Source: a virus (lineage: Duplodnaviria; Caudoviricetes). From it: a stretch of DNA of 60,786 nt. The stretch spans positions 1 through 60,786 of IMG/VR virus record IMGVR_UViG_3300049149_000035; one strand, written 5' to 3'. Position numbers and translations under genes: made by a program. Below the pieces are notes generated by a model. It ran no database searches, was not told the origin of the DNA, and saw only the letters and a program-made list of their open reading frames with translations. Position 1 is the first letter of the stretch; every line of letters starts with the position of its first letter. This document shows, piece by piece, positions 34,125 to 44,460 of the stretch.

Positions 34125-34500
34125 GTGCGAGAGCCTGGAGAAGGTCCAGGTGGTGCTGACCACGGATCGGCCATGGAACAAGCTGACCCACAAGGTGCGC
34201 GCGGACGCGCTGGACTCCGTGCTGTACGACCACAGCGAGTTCATTGCCCTGCCCAGCAACGAGCCCACCTCCACGCAGTTCAGCACCGCTGAGTGGCGCG
34301 TCCTCGTCACCGGCTGGAAGCTCACGGCGGGCAAGGGCTACTACTGGAACCGGGCGGGCGACCAGTACATCGTGCGTATCCGGCCGCTCAACAAGGACGG
34401 CATCGAGATCGAGTCCGAGCGGACATACTTTGCGCTCACGACCGGCCAGCGGGTGGCCCAGGTGATCATCCCCGCGCGAGGCTTCGCGGCCGTAGACTGA
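34117..34500 (+). CDS. Hypothetical protein
   Basis: RBS GAGGAG before GTG 34117. Confidence 0.55.
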   Translation: MNECESLEKVQVVLTTDRPWNKLTHKVRADALDSVLYDHSEFIALPSNEPTSTQFSTAEWRVLVTGWKLTAGKGYYWNRAGDQYIVRIRPLNKDGIEIESERTYFALTTGQRVAQVIIPARGFAAVD

Positions 34501-34518
34501 CCTCGCTCACCTCCCTGT

Positions 34519-34557
34519 AGAGAGCCCCTGCCGACCACGCCACGGCAGGGGCTCTCT
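34519..34557 (+). terminator. Intrinsic terminator
   Basis: AGAGAGCCCCTGCCG...CGGCAGGGGCTCTCT. Confidence 0.8.
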
Positions 34558-34612
34558 CGTGTCCGCCGCATGGCCATCACGTAGATGCGTCCCTGGCCGC
34601 TACGATTCGCAC

Positions 34613-34948
34613 ATGCCGTTCGCGATCACCCTTCTCGTGTACGCGCTGGCCGTGGCGCGCGTCACGAGGCTCGTGACCTCGGACAAGCTGACCGAGATGC
34701 CGCGCACCCGCCTGGAGATCAAACTCTGGCAGCGATTCGCGCCGCAGGTCCCCGCCTCCGACTGGCACCGCGCCGTGCCGCCCCTGCCCGTCTACCTGCT
34801 CACCTGCCCCTGGTGCGTGAGCGTCTACGTGGGCGCCGTGGCGGCCCCGCTCGTGGCCTTCCTCGGCGACTCGTACTGGGTGTTCGTCCCGGCGCTGGCG
34901 CTGGCCTTCTCGCACTTCACCGGCCTTCTCGCCAAGATCGGAGCGTGA
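34613..34948 (+). CDS. DUF1360-family membrane protein
   Basis: LAVARVTRLVTSD...YLLTCPWCVSVY; precedes portal. Confidence 0.8.
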   Translation: MPFAITLLVYALAVARVTRLVTSDKLTEMPRTRLEIKLWQRFAPQVPASDWHRAVPPLPVYLLTCPWCVSVYVGAVAAPLVAFLGDSYWVFVPALALAFSHFTGLLAKIGA

Positions 34949-36798
34949 GCATGCGCCTGCGTCCCGCCGCGCCCGTACGGCACGAGGTCGTGGAGACGAC
35001 CTTCGAGCGCGAGTCGCCCGCCAACCTGCGAGCCCTGGTGGCCGCCGCCGCACAGCTCCAGCTCGACGAGGGCTCGGTGTACCGGGCCAAGATCGGCGAC
35101 GAGGAGTGGCAGCGGGAGGCGTGGAGGCAGTACGACATCACCGGCGAACTGCGCTTCGCAGCGAACCGGCACGCGGGCGCGCTCAGCCAGTGCCGCATCT
35201 ACGTGGCCGAGCTGGACGACGCGGGCAAGCCTGGCAAGGAGGCCGACGACCCGGAGGTACAGGCGGTCTCCGAACAGATGTTCGGAGGGCCTGCACAGAA
35301 GGCCGAGTATCTGCGCACGATCGACATCCAGCTCTACGTCTCCGGCGAGACCTTCGTGATCGCCGAGTCGGCGGCGCGCGCCGACAAGGACGTCTGGTAC
35401 GTGGTCACCCCGTCGCAGATCCGGCGCAACGGCTCGACGTACAAGGTCCAGCGGCCGATGGAGCACGGCGGCGGCTGGCACACGATCGACCCGAAGACCG
35501 ACATCATGACGCGGGTCTGGACGCCCCACCCGCGCAACTACGACGTGGCCGACTCCTCGGTGCGGTCGGCCCTGCCGATCCTGCGCGAGATGGAACGGCT
35601 GTCGATGCTGACCTTCAGCCAGATCGACTCCCGGTTGATCAGCGCGGGCCTGCTGCTCCTGCCGTCCAACATCAACTTCCCGGACAAGGACGGGAACAAC
35701 CAGGGGTTGACCGGCCTCCTGGAGATGATCATCGAGGTGGCCACGGCCCAGCTCACCGGCGCCGGTACGGCGGCGGGCCTGGTCCCGATCATGGCTGAGA
35801 TCCCCGAGGGCACCGGCAAGGACATCCAGCACGTCACCTTCGAGACCGCGCTCACGGCCGAGATCAAGGAGAAGCTGGACCACGCGATCCGGCGGCTGGC
35901 CACCTCGCTCGACATCAGCCCCGAAGAGCTGTTGGGCATGGGCGACTCCAACCACTGGAGCGGCTGGCAGATCGACGAGTCCGGCGTGAAGCTCTTCATC
36001 GCCCCGGTGATGACCCGGATCTGCGCCGCGCTCAGCTCCAGCTACCTGGAGCCCGCGCTGAAGGTGCTCGGCAAGGACCCGGACAAGTACACGCTGTGGT
36101 TCGACCCGAGCCCGCTCACCGTGCGGCCGAACCGCTTCGAGGACGCCATCCAGCTCTACGACCGTGGCGAGCTGACCGCAGACGAGCTGCGCTCCTCGGG
36201 TAACTTCTCCGACGACGATGCGCAGAAGAAGCGCGACCTGTCCGCGTGGCGGGCCTGGGAGCTGGTGAAGCAGGACCCGAAGCTGTTGTCCAACCCCGAG
36301 ATCGCGAAGCTCGTGGGGCTGCCCGTGATCGAGGACGCGGCGGCGCAACAGCCCCAGCTCGACAGCTCCGTACCGGCGGACGCGCAACAGCTCCTGGAGC
36401 AGGACGGCGGCGACCGGGCCCTACCGCAGGAGCCGGGGTCCACCGAGTCGCCCGCGCAGCAGGGCGGCGGGAAGTTCGCGGCCATGCTGCCCGGCGCCGA
36501 GCAGGTCGTCTTGCGCGCGCTGGAGCTGGCGGGCGGCCGGATGCTGGACCGGCACAAGCGCGGGCAGTTCGGCCACCTGGAACGCTACGAGCTGCACACG
36601 CAGGTCCAGCCGAACAACCGCGAGCACGCGGCGACGCTGCTCGCGGGCGCCTTCACGCACGTGCCGTCCCTCGCCCGGCACCACGGCGTAGCCCCAGGTG
36701 ATCTGACGTTCATCCTGAACGAGTACTGCGTGGAGTTGCTGGTGCGCGGCTACCCGCACAGCTCCGACCTGCTGCGCGAAATGCTCCGGAGGGCCTGA
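34945..36798 (+). CDS. Portal protein
   Basis: WQREAW..YD..GELRF, RLA.SLD..PE.LLG.G.SNHW..W motifs of cluster-B-like portals; synteny. Confidence 0.9.
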   Translation: MSMRLRPAAPVRHEVVETTFERESPANLRALVAAAAQLQLDEGSVYRAKIGDEEWQREAWRQYDITGELRFAANRHAGALSQCRIYVAELDDAGKPGKEADDPEVQAVSEQMFGGPAQKAEYLRTIDIQLYVSGETFVIAESAARADKDVWYVVTPSQIRRNGSTYKVQRPMEHGGGWHTIDPKTDIMTRVWTPHPRNYDVADSSVRSALPILREMERLSMLTFSQIDSRLISAGLLLLPSNINFPDKDGNNQGLTGLLEMIIEVATAQLTGAGTAAGLVPIMAEIPEGTGKDIQHVTFETALTAEIKEKLDHAIRRLATSLDISPEELLGMGDSNHWSGWQIDESGVKLFIAPVMTRICAALSSSYLEPALKVLGKDPDKYTLWFDPSPLTVRPNRFEDAIQLYDRGELTADELRSSGNFSDDDAQKKRDLSAWRAWELVKQDPKLLSNPEIAKLVGLPVIEDAAAQQPQLDSSVPADAQQLLEQDGGDRALPQEPGSTESPAQQGGGKFAAMLPGAEQVVLRALELAGGRMLDRHKRGQFGHLERYELHTQVQPNNREHAATLLAGAFTHVPSLARHHGVAPGDLTFILNEYCVELLVRGYPHSSDLLREMLRRA

Positions 36799-37067
36799 TG
36801 ACCGACCTGCTGCCCGAGCACCTGCGCGGCGACGGCCCGTGCGGAGACTGCGGCACCCTGGACAACATCATCTGGTTCACGGAGAGCGTCCTGTGGAACG
36901 CCGTGATGCGGCCGGACGGCGAGACAGGGGACCCGCTGCTGTGCATTCCCTGCTTCGTGAAGCGGGTCGACGCCGCTGGTCTGGCGCCGACCGGCTGGCG
37001 GCTTATCCCGGATTGGCACTGGGAGACCACCAATGAGTACGCCGCACGGAAGGCCTGGGGCGGGTGA
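36798..37067 (+). CDS. Small zinc-binding protein
   Basis: CGDC...WN...LCIPCF. Confidence 0.6.
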   Translation: MTDLLPEHLRGDGPCGDCGTLDNIIWFTESVLWNAVMRPDGETGDPLLCIPCFVKRVDAAGLAPTGWRLIPDWHWETTNEYAARKAWGG

Positions 37068-37906
37068 TGGCCGAGATGTTGCCCGCAGGGGTAAGCCTCG
37101 GCGTGTTCGCCAAGGACGACTGGATGCCCGCCCGGATCAAGGCGTTCACGGACCTGATCAAGGCCGAGGGCGGCCTCTTCAAGAAGCTGATCGACCTGCT
37201 CGGCAAGTGGGCCACCAAGGTCCGCGCGGCCGTCTTCGGCACCTCGATCCCCGACGTCCACGCCGTGCCGCAGTTCAACGCGTGGTGGGCCGACCAGGTG
37301 GACGACGAGCTGGAGATCGAGATCAACGGGATCTTCGAGCTGGGCGCCGAGGCCCTGGGCGACGAGTGGGAACCCAACGCGATGGCGCGCGTGCACGAGT
37401 ACGTGGCGCAGGCGCACAACCGGCTGGTCCGCGTCCCCGACACCACGTACGCCAGCGTGCAGCGGCTCACGATGAAGGCCACCTCCCAGGGCTGGAGCAT
37501 GGACGAGCTGGCCGACGAGATCGATCAAGTGCTCGCGGAGGCGGGCGCCGAGCGGTGGCGGAACCGCGCGATGACGATCGCCCGCACCGAGGCCATCGGC
37601 GCGTACAACGCGGGCCGGTACGCGTCGTTCCAGTCGCTGGCGGGCCAGCTCGGCGGCCGGTGGGAGAAGGTCTGGCTGGCCACGCACGATCACCGGACCC
37701 GCTTCACGCACGCCAAGAAGACCGGGGCGGACGGCCAGCGGGTGCCGCTATCGTCACCCTTCCAGGTGGGCGAATCGCTGCTCATGTACCCGGGCGACCC
37801 GGGGGGCGCCCCGCAAGAAGTGATCAACTGCCGGTGCTCCATCCTGCTTGCCCGCGAGGGTGAGGCCGTCGACCTGTCCAACCGCCACTACCGGGGGCTG
37901 ATGTGA
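37067..37906 (+). CDS. MuF-like head morphogenesis / minor capsid protein
   Basis: RAMTIARTE, KVWLAT.D.RTR..H, L.YPGDP.G...EVINCRC. Confidence 0.9.
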   Translation: MAEMLPAGVSLGVFAKDDWMPARIKAFTDLIKAEGGLFKKLIDLLGKWATKVRAAVFGTSIPDVHAVPQFNAWWADQVDDELEIEINGIFELGAEALGDEWEPNAMARVHEYVAQAHNRLVRVPDTTYASVQRLTMKATSQGWSMDELADEIDQVLAEAGAERWRNRAMTIARTEAIGAYNAGRYASFQSLAGQLGGRWEKVWLATHDHRTRFTHAKKTGADGQRVPLSSPFQVGESLLMYPGDPGGAPQEVINCRCSILLAREGEAVDLSNRHYRGLM

Positions 37907-40900
37907 CCCTTCCACTCGGGAGCCTGCTCTACGGCCTCGATCCCGCACACGGCGCCGTGGTGGCCGCCGGTCTAGGGCCGGACGGGTCGTTCTACCTGGC
38001 CGACGCTTTCACGCACGACCAGTGCAACATCTCGGCGTTCTGCCGCAACCCGTTGCACCCGGGCCCGTGCAAGGGGTGGAAGAAGAAGCTTGGGATCGAG
38101 GCCCCCGGCATCTCCAAGATCCTCAACGAGGCGCACCAGAAGAAGGTGGCGGCCAAGCGGGTCAAGGTGGCGGCGGCCAAGGGCGAGGCCGAGAAGCTGG
38201 TCACGGCGAAGGGCCACGTCCACCCGCTGCTGCACAAGAAGGCCGTGGTCAAGTCCACGAACGTCATCCTGGGCGACACCGAGGAGAAGGCCGGAGGCAA
38301 GGCCAGCAAGACGATCTTGAACAAGACCGAGATCAAGCGCTACTCCAAGATCAAGGGCGCGCAGATCGGCGACGCGGCGGCCTCGCGCGGGCTCACCAGC
38401 GACTCGGCCAAGTACTCCAGCTACGCCGAGGGCAAGATCTCCGAGGCGCTGGCCAAGGACAACCAGGAAGGCGGGCACAGCAACTTCGCGGGCGCGCTGG
38501 CGTCCATGGGCGACGCCCTGGCGTCCTCCTTCGCGGACAAGAACTGCGGCGTGGGCAACCCGGACGGCGACTGCGACGGCACCACCCATGAGGCCCTGAA
38601 GCAGGGCGTCGTGTCCTCGGTGACCGAGGGCCTGATCACCGGCGACTGGAGCAAGTTCGACAAGCTGGCGGCCGACCTGAAGGGCGCCAAGTCGCAGGAG
38701 GAGTTGCACGCCAAGCTGGGCAAGCAGGGCGTGGACGTGGAGGCGATCGATGCCGAGTTGAACCCGAGCGAGGACGAGGAGGGCCAGTTCGAGCCGGTCA
38801 AGGCTCCCGGGCCCGTGAAGCCCGCCGTCCCGCCCCCGGCGCCCAAGCCGCCAGCCCCCGTCGAGCCCAAGCCCAAGTCCTCCACCTCGATCTCTGCCAC
38901 GCAACAGAAGGCGGTCAACTACGCCACCGGCAAGAAGGCGGCCAGCGCCAAGGCCAAGCTGGAGCTGTACCAGAAGCTCGGCAACGAGAACGGGTTCAAG
39001 GACCTCGACCCGGGCAGCCAGCAAGCCATCCTGGACGACCTGGACGACATGGCGAAGAAGTTCCTGGACTCGCAGAAGAAAGGCGACACGAAGGCGCTCA
39101 AGTCGCAGTTCATGGGCGATATGAAGAAGGGTGCGGCCCCGGCCCCGGCGGCGGCCGACCTCATCCCCGACAAGGAGATGACGGACAACCAGAAGGTGCT
39201 GATGGCCCAGCTCGGCACCTCGGTTTCCGCTGCCGCGAAGAAGGCGGCCGTGAAGAAGACCGTGGACAAGATGGGCCCCGAGGAGTTCGACAGCCTGCCG
39301 GACGACGTCAAGAAGATGGCGAACGACGTCATGGGCGGCGGCTCGGCTCCCGGCAGCTTCCCGCACAAGGCCGTGGCGCAAGCCCTGGAGAACACCGACC
39401 TGACGTCCATGCAGAAGGTGGCGAAGGTCGGCCAGCTCACCCCCGAGGAGTTCGAGACGCTGCCCGCCGACGTCAAGGCGAAGGCGTCGGACCTGGTGAC
39501 CAAGAACGCCAACCTGGGAATCAAGGACGCCGAGGACGTCGCCGACAAGTTCGGGTTGCCGAAGAAGTACGCGATCCCGGATGACGTCGCGACGGCGCTG
39601 GGCGGCCCGAAGGGTACGGGCGGCGCGGGCGCAGGCGGCGGCGTGAACACCACGGCGCCGGACGCCTCCCTGGGCAGCACCGGGACGAACGCGGCCAAGG
39701 CCAAGCAGGGCGCCGACAGCATGGCCGAGATGTCGAAGCTCGTGGGCAACACGCCGACCGACGCGCAGATCGAGGCCACGGCCAAGGTCATCGAGAAGAT
39801 CATGGACAACGGCAAGGAGCCCGAGCTGGAGGGCTTCGCGCAGGGCATCGCCGGACAGATCACGTCGTCCTTCGTGCAGGCGTACCCGGGCGTTCCGTCC
39901 GGGGCGATCAAGGACGTCCACGCGGCCGTGACCAAGGAGGCGTTCAACAAGCTCTCGGCAAACGGCAAGCCGACCCCGATCCTGGACGCCATCGACAAGT
40001 GGGCCAAGGGCGGCAAGGGCGGCGGCCCGGCGGCCGACCACGTCTTCGACTCGATGTTGAAGGCGATGGCCGAGCAGCACGAAGAGAGCGTGCTGGCGCA
40101 GAAGAAGTCGGTCGGCTCGATGATCTCGCCGGTGGCCACGCAGGCGATCGCCGACAAGCTCGGGATCGGCTACGTCACGGACGAGATGGACTTGGGCAAC
40201 CCGACCAAGGTCGACGTCAACGCCAAGATCCTTGCCGAGGAGGCGTGGGACGCCAAGATCTACGCGGGCCTCGGCGTCGCGGACGACTTCGCGGACAACC
40301 TGAAGAGCGAACCGTGGGCGCAGGCGGCCATCGACCAGATGGCGGCCGACTTCGCCAAGACGATCCACAGTGGCAACGCCGAGCTGGGCGAGTTCCACGG
40401 CAAGCTGGACAAGGCGATCAAGGTCGTTGCCGACAAGGGCAACGACCTCGCCACGCAGAAGGGCTGGAGCCCGATCTCCGATGCTGTCCAGGGGTGGAAG
40501 TCGGCTGTACTCCTCGCCGAGCTGGACCACGTCCTGCACGGCAAGTCGGTCGGCTCGGCGGCGGGCACCGGCGGCCCGGCGATGGCCGAGAACCCGGCCA
40601 AGGCCGAGATCGCCAAGGAGACCGCGAAGGTCGCGCAGGCCGCGCCGAACGCGTACACCCAGACCTCGGGGAAGGTCGACTTCACCGGGGCGCACAACTC
40701 GGCCATCTACAAGGCCTACAAGAACCAGCCCGGCACGCAGATCTCCAGCCCCGAGCAGGACAACTACAACGCCGTGCTGGCGGTCGCCACGGCGTTCACG
40801 GGCACGCCCGGCTTCGGGGACGTCTCCCTGACCCAGGTGCTCGATGCGCTGGACACTCAGTCGGCCACCAACCTGGGCGTGCCGAACAGCAACAAGCTGA

Positions 40901-41655
40901 AGAAGAAGATCGAGGCGTGGCTGGCCACCCCCGAGGGTGCCGCCTACGCGCAGTCGGCCGCCCCGGCGCCGCACCTGATCGCGCACCTCACCGGCATGGC
41001 GACGCTCCCGACCGGCGAGCTGCCGAAGCTCGGCCACTCGGGCAAGGTCGCCAAGCTGTCCGGCCCCGGCGAGGTGACCAAGGCGGACTCGGCGTTCCAC
41101 AAGTACAAGGGCCCCTCCTCGGTCGTCGAGAGGAAGAAGTACTACCAGGCCAATGGCAAGTTCCTGACGACCGCACACAAGAACGCGATCGAGTCGTACA
41201 CGGGCGCCGGGTACTTGTCGATGAACAACTACCTGCGCGGCAAGGACGGCGGTGACCCGCACACGATCCAGCAAGCGCAGCTCGTGCAGGACGCGATGAT
41301 GCCGCTCCAGCGGGACCACGAGCTGATCCGGGGCGCCGGGTGGTCGGTCATCCCAGAGGCGTACCGGTCGCTGGAGGGCCTTCAGTTGATCAAGGGCAAG
41401 GTGCTTCAGGACGACGCGTTCATGAGCACCACCGTGGGCGGCGAGTCCCTGCCCGGAATCGGTGCGACCCGGCCGCTCCGGCTGCACATCCAGGCCCCGA
41501 AGGGCACGCAGGCGCTCTACATCGACGACCTCTCCGCGAACAAGGGGGAGAAGGAGATGCTCCTGGCCGCCGGGACGCAACTCAAGATCATGGACGCCTA
41601 CGCGGACGCCAAGGGCCAGATCCACATCAACCTCAGGGTGGTGAACCCGAAGTGA
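37903..41655 (+). CDS. Large protein with C-terminal VIP2-like ADP-ribosyltransferase
   Basis: YT..GY..MN.YLR, LIRG, FMSTT, EKEMLL (R-S-ExE); N-terminal CRNPLHPGPC. Confidence 0.85.
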   Translation: MTLPLGSLLYGLDPAHGAVVAAGLGPDGSFYLADAFTHDQCNISAFCRNPLHPGPCKGWKKKLGIEAPGISKILNEAHQKKVAAKRVKVAAAKGEAEKLVTAKGHVHPLLHKKAVVKSTNVILGDTEEKAGGKASKTILNKTEIKRYSKIKGAQIGDAAASRGLTSDSAKYSSYAEGKISEALAKDNQEGGHSNFAGALASMGDALASSFADKNCGVGNPDGDCDGTTHEALKQGVVSSVTEGLITGDWSKFDKLAADLKGAKSQEELHAKLGKQGVDVEAIDAELNPSEDEEGQFEPVKAPGPVKPAVPPPAPKPPAPVEPKPKSSTSISATQQKAVNYATGKKAASAKAKLELYQKLGNENGFKDLDPGSQQAILDDLDDMAKKFLDSQKKGDTKALKSQFMGDMKKGAAPAPAAADLIPDKEMTDNQKVLMAQLGTSVSAAAKKAAVKKTVDKMGPEEFDSLPDDVKKMANDVMGGGSAPGSFPHKAVAQALENTDLTSMQKVAKVGQLTPEEFETLPADVKAKASDLVTKNANLGIKDAEDVADKFGLPKKYAIPDDVATALGGPKGTGGAGAGGGVNTTAPDASLGSTGTNAAKAKQGADSMAEMSKLVGNTPTDAQIEATAKVIEKIMDNGKEPELEGFAQGIAGQITSSFVQAYPGVPSGAIKDVHAAVTKEAFNKLSANGKPTPILDAIDKWAKGGKGGGPAADHVFDSMLKAMAEQHEESVLAQKKSVGSMISPVATQAIADKLGIGYVTDEMDLGNPTKVDVNAKILAEEAWDAKIYAGLGVADDFADNLKSEPWAQAAIDQMAADFAKTIHSGNAELGEFHGKLDKAIKVVADKGNDLATQKGWSPISDAVQGWKSAVLLAELDHVLHGKSVGSAAGTGGPAMAENPAKAEIAKETAKVAQAAPNAYTQTSGKVDFTGAHNSAIYKAYKNQPGTQISSPEQDNYNAVLAVATAFTGTPGFGDVSLTQVLDALDTQSATNLGVPNSNKLKKKIEAWLATPEGAAYAQSAAPAPHLIAHLTGMATLPTGELPKLGHSGKVAKLSGPGEVTKADSAFHKYKGPSSVVERKKYYQANGKFLTTAHKNAIESYTGAGYLSMNNYLRGKDGGDPHTIQQAQLVQDAMMPLQRDHELIRGAGWSVIPEAYRSLEGLQLIKGKVLQDDAFMSTTVGGESLPGIGATRPLRLHIQAPKGTQALYIDDLSANKGEKEMLLAAGTQLKIMDAYADAKGQIHINLRVVNPK

Positions 41656-41813
41656 GCACCATCGACGACCGGGAGCCGGAGTTCCGGCTCGTGGACGACA
41701 CCGAACGGCAGGCCCTGGGGATGACGGACGACCAGATCCGCGCGTTCCTGGACCAGCCGGTCAGGCCGTATCCTGAGCCGGGCAACAGTGAGAAGGGGCG
41801 GGCTCGTGACTGA
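41652..41813 (+). CDS. 53-aa hypothetical protein
   Basis: GTGA overlap with ART stop; fills gap to protease. Confidence 0.45.
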   Translation: MSTIDDREPEFRLVDDTERQALGMTDDQIRAFLDQPVRPYPEPGNSEKGRARD

Positions 41814-43509
41814 CTGCGACTGCGACGAGAAGGAAGCCGAGTTCGCGGCCCTGACCACGGCGCCGGACACCGACGAGGCCGACCCCGAGCCGGACCCGCG
41901 CGGGACCAAAGTCCGCACCTGGTCGGGCCTCCTCGCCCCGTACGGCAAGCCGACCGGGGACAAGCGGCGCTTCCGTGTCGACTCGCTGTCCTCGCGTGAG
42001 CTGCCGTTGCCGATCAAGTGGCAGCGGGTCGACAATCAGGGGCACACCACGTCGGTGGTCGTCGGCCGGATCGACCACCTGGAGTACTCCAGCGAGGGCG
42101 TCGCCGGGCGCGGCATCATCTTCACGCCGGACCCCGAGGTGCTCCCCCGGCTCGCCGAGGACGCGGCCGAGGCGTACCACCTGCTTGACCAGAAGGTGAT
42201 CGGCCCGTCCGTCGACCTGGACGACATGGACTACCGCGAGCTGTCGCCGGAGCACGTGGGCGAGCTGAGCGCGGGCGAGCGGCCGGAGATCGAGGTGACG
42301 CGCGGCCGGATCAGCGCGGCCACCCTCGTGCAGATCCCCGCGTTCGCCGAGGCGCGCCCGTTCGCCCTGGGCGAAATGGACGCCGACGAGTACGCGGCCG
42401 AGCAGGAGGAAGTGAGCATCGTGGCGGCGGGCGTGTACCAGCACGGTTCGATCCCCGTGGCGGCTGACACCACATGGGATCCCTTCACCTGGATGGCTTT
42501 CCACGCGGCGACCGAGGGCGCCTGCCTGTACGACGGGCCGGAGGGGCGGCTGTTCCCCGTGGCGCAGGCCGTGGACGGCATGCTGTCGCTGGTGCCGGGT
42601 GCCGTCGCCGACGCCATCTCCGTGATGGCCTTCCAGTCCGACCGGGTGAAGCTGGGCGAGGGCACGAAGCAGGTCATCCGCGAACGGCTGACCGAGCTGG
42701 CCGCGCTCTGCGACATGCCGTCCCCGCCGTGGGCAACCCGGGCGGGCCTGGTGGCCAGCGCGGGGTACCCGGATTGGCGGCCCCCGGCCGAAGCGTTCGC
42801 AAACCCGCAGTTCAAGGAGCTGACCCCGGTCCGGATCGAGGGCGGCCGGGTGTACGGCCACCTGGCGTCGTGGCGCTCCTGCCACATCGGGTTCAAGGAC
42901 AAGTGCGTCACCGCGCCGCGCTCCCGCTCGAACTACGCGCACTTCCACGTGGGGGAGATCGAGACCGACGCCGGGCCGCTGGCGGTCGGCAAGATCACCC
43001 TGGGTGGCGGCCACGCGGACACCCGCCTGGGCTTCCAGGCGGCGGCCGAGCACTACGACGACGCGGGCACGGCGGTTGTCGCCGGACGCGTGGGCGAAGA
43101 CCGGTTCGGCATCTGGTTCTCCGGCGTGCCGATCCCCGGCCAGGAGGACAAGGCGGCCTCTCTGCCGCTCTTCCCGCTGTCCGGCGACTGGCGGCGCGTA
43201 GGCGGCTCCATGGAGCTTGTGGCGGCCCTGGCGGTCAACACCCCGGGCTTCGCCGTTCCGCGCGTCCACGAGGCCGCTGGGCGGGCCTACGCCCTCGTTG
43301 CGGCGGGCGTCGTGGGCGAGTTCGCCGAGCAGGAGCCGGAAGGCGCCCGGACGACCACCGGCGCCGACCTCTTCGCTGAGTTCCGCGCGTACCGCCGGGC
43401 CGACGAGATCGGCCAGGCGGCTGTGCGTACGCTCGATGAAGAGTTCGGTCATCTGGACTCCCTGCGTCGCCGCGAGGAGACCCTTCAGGTGGCCGCCACG
43501 TTCCTGTAG
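41806..43509 (+). CDS. Capsid maturation protease
   Basis: TGD.R.F, H...VVVG.I, GPSVDLD, ATLVQIPAF, VYGHLASW..CHIG, LSGDWR motifs. Confidence 0.85.
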   Translation: MTDCDCDEKEAEFAALTTAPDTDEADPEPDPRGTKVRTWSGLLAPYGKPTGDKRRFRVDSLSSRELPLPIKWQRVDNQGHTTSVVVGRIDHLEYSSEGVAGRGIIFTPDPEVLPRLAEDAAEAYHLLDQKVIGPSVDLDDMDYRELSPEHVGELSAGERPEIEVTRGRISAATLVQIPAFAEARPFALGEMDADEYAAEQEEVSIVAAGVYQHGSIPVAADTTWDPFTWMAFHAATEGACLYDGPEGRLFPVAQAVDGMLSLVPGAVADAISVMAFQSDRVKLGEGTKQVIRERLTELAALCDMPSPPWATRAGLVASAGYPDWRPPAEAFANPQFKELTPVRIEGGRVYGHLASWRSCHIGFKDKCVTAPRSRSNYAHFHVGEIETDAGPLAVGKITLGGGHADTRLGFQAAAEHYDDAGTAVVAGRVGEDRFGIWFSGVPIPGQEDKAASLPLFPLSGDWRRVGGSMELVAALAVNTPGFAVPRVHEAAGRAYALVAAGVVGEFAEQEPEGARTTTGADLFAEFRAYRRADEIGQAAVRTLDEEFGHLDSLRRREETLQVAATFL

Positions 43510-43519
43510 GAGGTGAGCC

Positions 43520-43678
43520 ATGTCCTGTAGCTGCGGTGGCACTGCGGACCCTGAGGGCGCCTGGGAGGCCGTCCACCCGGACGGCACCATCGAGGAGCCT
43601 CTGTCCAAGAGGGAGGCCACGGAGAAGGTCTCCAAGACCGGCGGCTACATCCGGCAGAAGGAAGAGGCCACGGCGTAG
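43520..43678 (+). CDS. Small head-module protein (MSCSCG type)
   Basis: RBS AGGAGG; MxCxCG start, ...GG.I end, as commonly follows these proteases. Confidence 0.65.
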   Translation: MSCSCGGTADPEGAWEAVHPDGTIEEPLSKREATEKVSKTGGYIRQKEEATA

Positions 43679-43723
43679 GCTCAGGCCGCGAGTTCTGCGG
43701 AGAGCTGCGAAAGGCGGGCACCC

Positions 43724-44041
43724 CTACGAAGGGATGCCCGCCTTCCCGTGCTCCGTGGGCCACTCGCCGGTGGCCAGCCGGTGATACTCCGCGCAGAGAC
43801 CGCCGGGCTCGCGCACCTTGTCGCGCAGGTGCCGGATGCACCGCTGCATCGAACCGGTCGTGCCCCAGCGGACCTTGGCCGCGCCCTTGCCGTGCACCCA
43901 GTACTCCGTGATGCTTCGCGTGCTGGCGCGCGACAGGTCGATCGCGTAGGTCTCGGCGGGCGTCCAGCCGTCCTCCAGCGCGAGCCGTCCGGCGATCGCC
44001 TGCGCGTACGCCAGCACCTCGGCGGGCAGCTCCAGGTCCAT
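43724..44041 (-). CDS. Stand-alone YW..G.GAAK..WG..G...RC domain protein
   Basis: EYWVHGKGAAKVRWGTTGSMQRC...GLCA..H...GEWP. Confidence 0.6.
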   Translation of the reverse strand: MDLELPAEVLAYAQAIAGRLALEDGWTPAETYAIDLSRASTRSITEYWVHGKGAAKVRWGTTGSMQRCIRHLRDKVREPGGLCAEYHRLATGEWPTEHGKAGIPS

Positions 44042-44061
44042 GCGCTGAGCGTACGCGCCGG

Positions 44062-44154
44062 TCAGTGCGGGTTGGTCGTGAAGATCTGCGTGAGCACGAG
44101 CAGCGCGGCCCCGATGCACCCGATGATCAGGAGCACCCAGTACTTCTTCTCCAT
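44062..44154 (-). CDS. 30-aa single-TM peptide
   Basis: MEKKYWVLLIIGCIGAALLVLTQIF; RBS AAGGAGAG. Confidence 0.45.
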   Translation of the reverse strand: MEKKYWVLLIIGCIGAALLVLTQIFTTNPH

Positions 44155-44460
44155 CTAGCTCTCTCCTTCGCGTTGTACGGGCAGGTGGTATTGGTGCCTC
44201 CTGACGGGGGCGTCGCACTCGGCACCCTCGCGCAGGAAGTGGTACTCCATGCGCCACGCCAGCCGCGTGGCATCCCGGTCCGTCTGGAAGTCCTCCGAGC
44301 CAGCCACGCCGACCACGGCCTGTTCGTCGTGCCAGCACAGCCGCGTACCGGCGGGCATCAGCAGCAGCCAGCCCAGCGCCTCTTCCCGCACGTCGAAGAT
44401 CTGCGCGGACAGTGCCCGCATGGCTTCGTGCATCACGGCCTGGAGGGCGTCGTCAGCCAC
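44155..44460 (-). CDS. Hypothetical protein
   Basis: ORF coupled to NADAR gene. Confidence 0.5.
   Translation of the reverse strand: MADDALQAVMHEAMRALSAQIFDVREEALGWLLLMPAGTRLCWHDEQAVVGVAGSEDFQTDRDATRLAWRMEYHFLREGAECDAPVRRHQYHLPVQREGES

Noticed and set aside
37895-37910. MuF-ART fusion by frameshift
   Set aside because: Ordinary GTGA start/stop overlap with no slippery sequence seen.
37972-41625. 1217-aa minus-strand ORF (also 58884-60761, 50511-52409, 34825-36387 and similar)
   Set aside because: Antisense shadows of real genes; expected in high-GC DNA with biased third positions, and no motifs.
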